This document shows, one piece after another, positions 48,244 through 55,218 of a DNA stretch of 64,000 nucleotides (position 1 is its first letter; each line of letters starts with the position of its first letter). The notes below the pieces were generated by a model. The model saw nothing but the letters and a program-made list of their open reading frames with translations. It did no database searches and had not been told where the DNA came from. This stretch comes from Acidobacteriota bacterium (lineage in GTDB: Bacteria; Acidobacteriota; Vicinamibacteria; Vicinamibacterales; 2-12-FULL-66-21). The DNA is taken from NCBI GenBank assembly GCA_016184105.1, contig JACPDI010000007.1, positions 69,287-133,286 of the forward strand, read 5' to 3'. A program made the position numbers and the translations under genes.

Positions 48244-50314
48244 GGACCTGGCGTTCGGGCGGCGTGAGCGGCAGCGAGACGGTCACGATCGCGCCACCCT
48301 CCGGATGGTTCGCCGCGGCGGCGGTGCCGCGGTGCTCCGCGACGATCCGCTCGCTGATCGCGAGCCCGAGGCCGAAGCCTCCCGCCCGGCGGCTGAAGAA
48401 CGGCGCGAACACGCGGGGCAGATCCTCGGCCGCGAACCCACGCCCCCGATCGCGCACCGTGATGTCGACCAGCCTCGGGCGGGCGGGGGGACGCAGCGCG
48501 ACCGCCACGCTGACCGCCGCTCCGGCCGGCGAATGCTGAATGGCGTTCTGAATGAGGTTGATGAAGACGCGGACCAGCCGCCGGGAATCCATCCACACCT
48601 GGAGATCCGGAGCCGGCCCGGCGGCAACCCGCACGCCGTGCTGCTCCGCTTCGGGCGAGCAGGCGCGCACCGCCTCCTGGATGACCGTCGCCAGCGGCGA
48701 GGGCTGCAGCACGACCTTCGTCGGCCGCCCGTACTCGAGCAGTTCGGTCATCAGCGTGTTGACGCGCCCCACCTCGTGCCTCAGCGCGTCGAGGAACTGC
48801 GAGGGATCGCGGTTGGTCTGCACGGACCACGCGTCAACCAGCGACGACATGGCGAACAGCGGGTTCCGCACCTCGTGCGCCACGCCGACGACCACCGAGC
48901 CCAGCGCCGCCATCGTCTCCGAGCGGCGCAGCGACCGCTGCAGTTCGACGAGCGACGTGGTGTCGCGCGCCACGACGACGACCGACCCGCTCCCGTGCGG
49001 CGACCGGCACCAGAGATCCCACGTGCGGCCGGTCTCGGCGTGGTGTACGCGCGCCGCGGAAGCCTCCTGCGTTTCGACCGCCTCGCGCGCCAGCGCCAGC
49101 GCCGAGTCCCACGGCGGGTAGAACGCGAGCTCCTCGCTCGGCAGCCCCAGCCACGAGAACGGCTCGCCGGGCAGTGTGTCGGAGGCGACGCGGTTCATGC
49201 GCGCGATCTTCCCGAACGGATCGAGGACCATCAGCGCGGCGTCGATCGTGTCCACCGTGGTGCGCCATTCGACGGCCGCACTTTCGAGCCGCGCGTTGAG
49301 CGCCGTCAGCTCCGCGTGGCTGCGTTCGAGATGCTCGCGGCGCGCGGCTTCCGCCTCCGCCTGGATCCGGCGCCGCCGCTGCGCCCACGTCACCTGCATG
49401 ACCAGGCCAAGGGCGAGCAGCGTCGCGGCCATCAGGGCGGCAAGCTGCCGGAACTCGGCGCCGAGCACGCGCACCACGCTGTCGGCGGGCGCCATCAGCG
49501 CGGCGACCCAGCGCTCCCCCTCGAAGTCGAACGGCGCCACGGCGCCGAGGTGCTGTGCGCCGCGCAGCGAGTACCGGATCGCCCCGCGCGGCATCTCGAA
49601 CATGCGCTCGACGTGGTCGAACGACTGGTGACACGTGCGGCACAGCGGCGTGCGCCGCTTGATGTTGCGGAGGCGCATCTCCGGGTGCGCCGTTCGAAAG
49701 ACGACATTGCCGCGGCCGTCCAGGATCAGCCCGGCGACGGACGGATCGTCGAGCGTGGCCCCGGACCCGGACAGCAACGAATCCAGCTCCGACTCCGCCG
49801 CAAGGACACCGCCCGGGCCGCCGTGCGGGCCGGCCGCCGGCTCGCGGACCGGCGTGGCGAAGACCAGCGAGGGCGTGACGGCAGAGGACACCGCCGTTTG
49901 CATCCGGCCGGCGTTCGCCGGATCGCCGGCCCACCGCGCCTGCGCGTCAATCTCGGGGGAAGACAGGCCCGGCGACCGGCCGGCGGCGTAAGCCAGGCGG
50001 CCGTCCGCGCCGTAGAACGCGATCCCCACAAAGCACGGCGGTTCCGTGCAGCGGACCTGCTCGTCCAGCATCGCGCGGACCGACGCCACGTCGGGCTGGC
50101 GCGCGATGGCGCCCGACAGCGCGCGCAGCGTCCGGGCGGCGCCCGTCAGCTCGGCGCGCAGCGTGGCCGCCACCACGTCGGCCGTGTGGAGCTGGTGTTC
50201 CTGGAAATCCTCGATCGCGCGCGACTTGTTGTACGTGTGGAGACGCCAGCCGACGGCGACCGCCGACACCAGCACGCACGCAATGACACCGGACATGAAC
50301 CGGGACGTAAGCAT
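48191..50314 (-). CDS. Sensor histidine kinase with periplasmic domain carrying a CXXCH motif
   Basis: A GGAGGGGAG RBS precedes it. TM1 spans about aa 8-24 and TM2 about aa 285-310. CRTCH lies at aa 225-229 (nt 49628-49642), between the two TMs. A cytoplasmic PAS-like region follows, then the H-box AHEVRNPL and the HATPase motifs (NLIQNAIQHS, DRGRGF, GFGLGL). Confidence 0.88.
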   Translation of the reverse strand: MLTSRFMSGVIACVLVSAVAVGWRLHTYNKSRAIEDFQEHQLHTADVVAATLRAELTGAARTLRALSGAIARQPDVASVRAMLDEQVRCTEPPCFVGIAFYGADGRLAYAAGRSPGLSSPEIDAQARWAGDPANAGRMQTAVSSAVTPSLVFATPVREPAAGPHGGPGGVLAAESELDSLLSGSGATLDDPSVAGLILDGRGNVVFRTAHPEMRLRNIKRRTPLCRTCHQSFDHVERMFEMPRGAIRYSLRGAQHLGAVAPFDFEGERWVAALMAPADSVVRVLGAEFRQLAALMAATLLALGLVMQVTWAQRRRRIQAEAEAARREHLERSHAELTALNARLESAAVEWRTTVDTIDAALMVLDPFGKIARMNRVASDTLPGEPFSWLGLPSEELAFYPPWDSALALAREAVETQEASAARVHHAETGRTWDLWCRSPHGSGSVVVVARDTTSLVELQRSLRRSETMAALGSVVVGVAHEVRNPLFAMSSLVDAWSVQTNRDPSQFLDALRHEVGRVNTLMTELLEYGRPTKVVLQPSPLATVIQEAVRACSPEAEQHGVRVAAGPAPDLQVWMDSRRLVRVFINLIQNAIQHSPAGAAVSVAVALRPPARPRLVDITVRDRGRGFAAEDLPRVFAPFFSRRAGGFGLGLAISERIVAEHRGTAAAANHPEGGAIVTVSLPLTPPERQVRVAQGVTRVEEPYPAGR

Positions 50315-50658
50315 CCGCGACTCCCCTCCAAGTCACAGGGCCTGACGTGGCGTGGAGCCGGGCGACGTCAGCGAGCTGCGGGCGCGACCGGATGGTGAAC
50401 TTTCTACGTGAGTAGAAAAGCGTAATCGGTCACGAACGAAGTCTGGATTCTGCACAAGCAATGAGTGGACCGGATGGGCTTGGCGCCGGAGAATGGAGGG
50501 AACGGAATTCCGGCAACGCGCGCGAAATGCCACGGCCGCAAGGGGACGGAGACACGCGTCGTGCGCTCGCGAACGGTGCGGCAGACATCACTGCCGAAAC
50601 TCCGTCAGCGTCGCGCGAGCATTCCAAGTCCTGAATCTGGACAGCGATTGCAGTTGCG

Positions 50659-51441
50659 TCAGCGCCTGCCGGCGCCGTCCGGATCAGGCGTCATGGTGAA
50701 CACGCGCGTCACGATGGCGCCGTCGCGTCCGAGCACGCCGGCGTCGCGGCCGTCAATCGTCACCGCCACGGCCCCCGCATCGCCGGCGCGGATGGCGACC
50801 GCACGCTGGGCGCGCAGCGGGATCCGCTCCCCGGCCGGGACCTCGCGCTCGAACGCCCTTCGGCCGTCGATCGTGACCCTCATCCACACGGCGCGCCGCG
50901 TCAACAGCTCGAGGTTCACGCCTGCCGGCGGCGCTGGAGCGGCGGGTGTGCGCGGCTCGACAGGCGGCACGGGCGGAGGCGCCGATGGCTGCGGACGGAT
51001 GCCGGCGGCCGCCGGTGTGTCAGAGGGTTGCGCGGGTTGCGATGCGAGGTCGGGACGCGTGCGCCACGCGCGCACCGCGAGCACGGCGGCGAGCGCGGCC
51101 ACCACGATCAGCAGTGCAACGGCGACGCGCGCGGCGCGACGCGTGGCCGGCGCCGCAGCGGGAGATGAATCCTCGTGCGCGGTCGCGTGGACAGGCCCGG
51201 GAGCCCGCACCGACCGCTCGCCCTTCGTCCCGACCTCGGCCTCGACTTCCTGCTCGCGGAACCCGCGCACGAACTTGTCGAACTCCGCCTCAGCGCGGTC
51301 GCGTTGCACGCGCGCCCGCTGGATCTCGCGATGAAGCTTCTCGAGGTCGGCGAGCGCGCGCTGCTCGTCGAAGGCCGGCACCGGGTGCGCAGCGCGATCG
51401 TTCACGCCGTTAGTTGACGCCCGCGGGAATGGATCCGTCAA
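50659..51441 (-). CDS. Membrane protein with C-terminal DUF4115/RodZ-C-like domain
   Basis: It has a coiled N-terminus, one TM (VAVALLIVVAALAAVLAV) and a Pro-rich linker. The C-terminus reads LELLTRRAVWMRVTIDGRRAFEREVPAGERIPL...AGDAGAVAVTIDGRDAG. It uses a TTG start, which is uncertain. Confidence 0.6.
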   Translation of the reverse strand: MTDPFPRASTNGVNDRAAHPVPAFDEQRALADLEKLHREIQRARVQRDRAEAEFDKFVRGFREQEVEAEVGTKGERSVRAPGPVHATAHEDSSPAAAPATRRAARVAVALLIVVAALAAVLAVRAWRTRPDLASQPAQPSDTPAAAGIRPQPSAPPPVPPVEPRTPAAPAPPAGVNLELLTRRAVWMRVTIDGRRAFEREVPAGERIPLRAQRAVAIRAGDAGAVAVTIDGRDAGVLGRDGAIVTRVFTMTPDPDGAGRR

Positions 51442-51519
51442 CCTGAGCCGCGCCGGATTCGATCCGGCGACAACGTCGGCAGAAGCGGCTTCACAACGTC
51501 AAGACGTGGCTCGCCTCGT

Positions 51520-51707
51520 CTGGCGGCGTGAACGGCGTGTTCCGATCCGGCGCGTGGGTCCCGACGGTGTCGCACGTCGATCACACCGAGCACGGCGTGC
51601 AGGTGCTCGTGACCGAGCAGGGGCTGGCGGACCTGCGCGGCCTGCTCGCCGAGGCGCACGCGTGGCACCTGAACTACCTGCGGACGGGACGGATGGTGGC
51701 GAGGTGA
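51520..51707 (+). pseudogene. Fragment of an acetyl-CoA hydrolase/CoA-transferase C-terminal domain
   Basis: My translation of the frame ending at TGA 51705-51707 gives [32 protein letters not shown]. This matches the conserved (I)VP(M)[11 protein letters not shown]...VTEQG(L/V)ADLRGL block of the family. There is no upstream body, and the tail diverges. Confidence 0.5.
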
Positions 51708-51717
51708 GCGGTGGCCA

Positions 51718-52563
51718 CTAGACGATGACCGAGCGGGCTTTGAGGAGCGGCCGCGCAAGCTCCGCCCGCCCCTCGATCTGAACGGCGCCGGCGGCATCGC
51801 GCTCCGGAAGCGCGTTGAACAGCAGCTTCCACGCTGTCTCGTCGGAGAGCCGGACCCGCGTGGCCGCGGCCGACGCCTCGCCCGCGTGAATCGTCCATCG
51901 CTCCGGCTCGCGCAGAAGCGACCACGTCCCCCCTGCCGGTCCGCTCACGTCCAGGACGAGCGCCGCTCCGGTTCCCGCCTCCGCGTCCCGGAACGCGTGC
52001 GGCAGGCCGCGAACGGCGATCGCGATGACCGCGCGCAGGTATCTCGCGTCGCCGAGCGATGGCGCGCCGACGGCCATGCGGATCTGCTCCTGGTGATGCC
52101 ACAACTCGGTGAACTCCCGGCCGACGTCGAACCAGCCCTCTGACGTCTGTTCGCCGGCCCAGGAGACGCCGAACAGCGCGGGGGCGTCGAGCGGCAGCCG
52201 CTCGAACCATTCGGCCAGGCCGGCGCTTGCCATCTCGAAGAGATCGGTGAGCACCTCGGGGCTGAGTCGCTTCGCGGCGTCCACCCATGCGGCGTTCAGC
52301 GCGTTGATGAAGCGCACGAAATCGCGCTCGGAGGCGATCGGATGCGGCGGAGGCGGCGGCGTCATCCGATCGCGATGGAACGACAGCCGGCGGAACGTCA
52401 GGTCGATCAGATGCGCGACGACGTCCCTGACCGCCCAGCTGCCCGCGATCGTCGGCCGCTCCCAGTCCGCCGCCGGCAGAGTGCGCAGCAGCGTGACAAG
52501 CGCCGAAGAGACCGGTCGAAAGAAGGCGCGGGTATCGGTCGGCGGCAGGGGCGAAAGAGCCAT
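51718..52563 (-). CDS. DinB/MDMPI-like (maleylpyruvate isomerase N-terminal domain family) protein
   Basis: It has WAVRDVVAHLIDL, a His-containing four-helix-bundle signature, and a C-terminal SCP2-like tail. The assignment is from recall and is moderately secure. Confidence 0.65.
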   Translation of the reverse strand: MALSPLPPTDTRAFFRPVSSALVTLLRTLPAADWERPTIAGSWAVRDVVAHLIDLTFRRLSFHRDRMTPPPPPHPIASERDFVRFINALNAAWVDAAKRLSPEVLTDLFEMASAGLAEWFERLPLDAPALFGVSWAGEQTSEGWFDVGREFTELWHHQEQIRMAVGAPSLGDARYLRAVIAIAVRGLPHAFRDAEAGTGAALVLDVSGPAGGTWSLLREPERWTIHAGEASAAATRVRLSDETAWKLLFNALPERDAAGAVQIEGRAELARPLLKARSVIV

Positions 52564-52742
52564 CGGAGGCCTATGTTACCGGCGAAGGCTCCACGGCGAT
52601 CGCCGTGTTCGAGGCGGGAGCCGCGTCTCAGGCGCCCTTGACAAAGTTCGCGTCGCTCGTCGAGTCGCGGGCTGTTCGACTGTCCAGGACGGTTTGAGAC
52701 GGACTCGTGCGCGCCATCGCTCGGCAGGCGGCACCCCGGCGT

Positions 52743-53237
52743 TCACTGACCATGGCCGTATTCTTTCAGCTTTCTGAACAGCGTTGCGGGCCCGATGCCA
52801 AGGACCGTCGCAGCCTTCGTGCGATTGCCGTCCACCGAATCGAGCACGTTCAGGATGTAATCACGTTCGACGTCGGCCAGCCGTCGCTGCCGGCCGGGTG
52901 AACCGATCGCCGGCATCGCGAGGCGCACTTCCTCGGGCAGATCGTCCACGTCCACGCGGTTACCGCGGGCCAGCACCATGGCTCGTTCCACTACGTTCTG
53001 CAGCTCTCGCACGTTGCCGGGCCAGCCCCACTGAAGCAGCTGGTCCGCCGCACGAGGCCTAAACCCGGTCACGGGCAGATTCAAGCGGGCAGCCGTGTCA
53101 GCCAGGAATTGGCGCGCAAGCGGCAGCACGTCGTCCCGGCGCTCGCGGAGCGGAGAAATACGGATCTCGATCACGCGCAACCGGTAGTACAGATCCTGTC
53201 GGAATCGGCCAGCCGCGACTTCTCCGGCGAAGAGGCC
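52743..53237 (-). pseudogene. 5'-truncated sigma-54-dependent activator (only distal AAA+ and HTH retained)
   Basis: Homology starts abruptly at ...GRFRQDLYYRLRVIEIRISPLRERRDDV. It then runs through WPGNVRELQNVVERA to the Fis-type HTH KAATVLGIGPATLFRKLK. Walker A/B, GAFTGA and any N-terminal domain are absent. Confidence 0.75.
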
Positions 53238-53567
53238 CTGCGACTGTTCACGGTCGGCAGCGCATGGTTCAGCGGAGACGAACAGATCAAGGGTCGTATC
53301 GCGCCCGGCCAACTCGCGGATTTTGCGGTGCTCACCGCTGACTATCTCGCCGTTCCCGAGGAGCAGATCAAGAACATCGAATCAGCGCTCACCGTGCTCG
53401 GCGGTGATGTCGTCTATGCCGCCGCGCCGTTCGACCGGCTTGCGCCGCCCCGTCTGCCAGCCGTGCTGCCGGCGTGGTCTCCGGTGGCTCACTTTGGGGG
53501 GGTTCAGGCTGCGCAGCGAGGCACCGCTCTCGCGATCAGAAGCGGTACGTTGCCCAGACGGCGGTGA
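53220..53567 (+). pseudogene. 5'-truncated amidohydrolase (Amidohydro_3-type C-terminus only)
   Basis: It reads EEALRLFTVGSAWFSGDEQIKGRIAPGQLADFAVLTADYLAVPEEQIKNIESALTVLGGDVVY, the typical last roughly 70 aa of metal-dependent amidohydrolases. The upstream part is occupied by the oppositely oriented activator fragment. Confidence 0.7.
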
Positions 53568-54534
53568 AGCCGATGGTGCGGGCAGGCCCGGATTCCTGGA
53601 TGAACGGCCCGGCGGTGAAGAGCGACGCGTTGCCAGTCATGGACAGGTGCTCGGTCACTTGCCACTCGACCTCGACCCCTGGTGAGGGCCCGACAAGTCG
53701 CGAACGTGTGCCCTGTCCGGAACGAACGAGATTCCCCGGTATCCCATAGATGCCGTCGTCGACCTGCCGCCGCCAGAAGAACAGCCAGCTCGCCGTCATC
53801 ACGAGTCCGTCGCGGGGATTCACGGTTACTTGGGGGTCCAGGTCCATGTGGTTCGATGGCCCCGCGGAGGCAATCAGCCCGAAGTACGCGCCTTTGGGAA
53901 ACAGCGGATTGAACGTCCCGAGCCGATCGTCGTTGCGATCGCGATCACCGCTCGTGATGTCGGCGCGCAGGCCGAACCTCGGTCGTCCTGCCGCTCCAAT
54001 CGGGTAACCGGTGTCTGACGCGATCGTCCAGGCACGGATGTCGGTGTTTGCGAAGTGTCCCGTCTGGACGACGGCTTCCACGTTGTAGTCAAGGGCACCC
54101 GACGCCTTCCAGAAGCGGGCGCCCCACGAGTGCCGGAGTTCCCGGCCTTGACCCTGATCGAACGTCGCCTCCTTCCGCCGATACCCGAGGTAGTAGAGAT
54201 CCGCCCCCTTGGTCCGGCCTTGATCGAGCCAGCGAACGGCGTGCCCGCCGGCCCGCCCGATCTCGATGCCGCTCTTCAGCTCTCCGTACAACCGCACTCG
54301 CCGCGAGAGCCGCGCGTCGAGCTGAAACATGTAGCGCTCGAGCCAGTAGCCATCGGCGTCTGGCACCTCGGCGCCCCACTCCTCGTTCGCGAACCGTTCG
54401 TATTGCTGCCGAACCTGGCCGCCCGTCGAGACGAACGACCCCGCACGGCTGTCGTCGGCGCCCCGAACCGCGACCTGTGCGTTCACGCCGGCCACGAGGA
54501 CCAACAGTCCGACTAATACGCCCGGCACGCGCAC
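53536..54534 (-). CDS. Alginate-export-family / porin-like outer-membrane beta-barrel
   Basis: I chose a GTG start giving the signal peptide RVPGVLVGLLVLVAGVNA. Motifs include RQQYERFANEEWG and GDRDRNDDRLGTFNPLFPKGAYFG, with a terminal ...WATYRF. The track ORF extension to 55122 is rejected. Confidence 0.7.
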   Translation of the reverse strand: MRVPGVLVGLLVLVAGVNAQVAVRGADDSRAGSFVSTGGQVRQQYERFANEEWGAEVPDADGYWLERYMFQLDARLSRRVRLYGELKSGIEIGRAGGHAVRWLDQGRTKGADLYYLGYRRKEATFDQGQGRELRHSWGARFWKASGALDYNVEAVVQTGHFANTDIRAWTIASDTGYPIGAAGRPRFGLRADITSGDRDRNDDRLGTFNPLFPKGAYFGLIASAGPSNHMDLDPQVTVNPRDGLVMTASWLFFWRRQVDDGIYGIPGNLVRSGQGTRSRLVGPSPGVEVEWQVTEHLSMTGNASLFTAGPFIQESGPARTIGFTAVWATYRF

Positions 54535-54694
54535 CCGAGCGGTCCCCACAGCGATGCCAGTGCGGGTCGTCTGGTCGCGGTTGCCGCATAACCCTCGCAG
54601 CGGACGTGGGTGGCGCGGGAGGCGGGAGCGGTGAGAGCTGGGCGGCTTCGCGCAGTCCAGACCGAACCGGAAGAGTTGCCGGGAATTTCGACGC

Positions 54695-55100
54695 TCACTG
54701 ATGACGCCCGCCGCGTCTGAGCTGCCCTCCCGACCAAGGCTCAGTGAATTCGAACGGTACGAACTGATGTATGCGCTCGAAATCGCGCCGATTGTCAGTG
54801 ACGAGCACGCATCCCGCCTCGCGACATGACAAAGCCAGGAGAACATCGTTGGCGAATGCTTTCGAAACACGGGCGATTTCCAAGCCCTCTCTCCGGGCCA
54901 TCTCCGCGAGGAGATCGCCGGATCGGTGCCAGGCGCCGGCCGATGGGATAGTAGTCCGATTTGCTCGCCTCGAAGACCCTCAGAACGTTCTTTTCCAGCG
55001 CCTTTCGACCCCGCGGACGTTGAATGCCAGCTCGCAGCTCCTGGGCAACGATGACGCTGAAGTACTCGGATGTGGCAGCACGAGGATGTCCTCGAACCAC
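54695..55100 (-). pseudogene. Degraded PIN-domain (VapC-like) toxin gene: 5'-truncated and frameshifted, no antitoxin
   Basis: The N-part frame reads ...SVIVAQELRAG...LRVFEASKS. The C-part, in another frame, reads ...AGAWHRSGDLLAEMARREGLEIARVSKAFANDVLLALSCREAGCVLVTDNRRDFERI. The frame switch lies near 54950-54965. The first acidic PIN motif and a vapB partner are missing. Confidence 0.6.
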
Positions 55101-55134
55101 GCGATTCCGCGATCACGCGCACGCGATGACCGCT

Positions 55135-55164
55135 ATTATCTTATTTGTATGATAATATGATAAT
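55135..55164. promoter_or_regulatory. AT-rich operator/promoter region with Fur-box-like GATAAT hexamers
   Basis: It contains ATTATC (55135-40), GATAAT (55151-56) and GATAAT (55159-64), including the tandem ATGATAAT-ATGATAAT. It lies 55-85 nt upstream of the molybdoenzyme ATG and is the only strongly AT-rich tract for kilobases. Confidence 0.4.
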
Positions 55165-55218
55165 TTGTCGGCTTTGCCACGTGAACGGCGCCCGGCGTTC
55201 GTTCCTGGAGGGTGAGAC

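Noticed and set aside
50458-50471. A weak sigma-54-like GGTCC-N5-TTGC on the minus strand, about 145 nt upstream of the sensor-kinase start.
   Set aside because: Only the GG and TTGC positions match, and the -24 box is poor. It is not distinguishable from chance without a scoring matrix.
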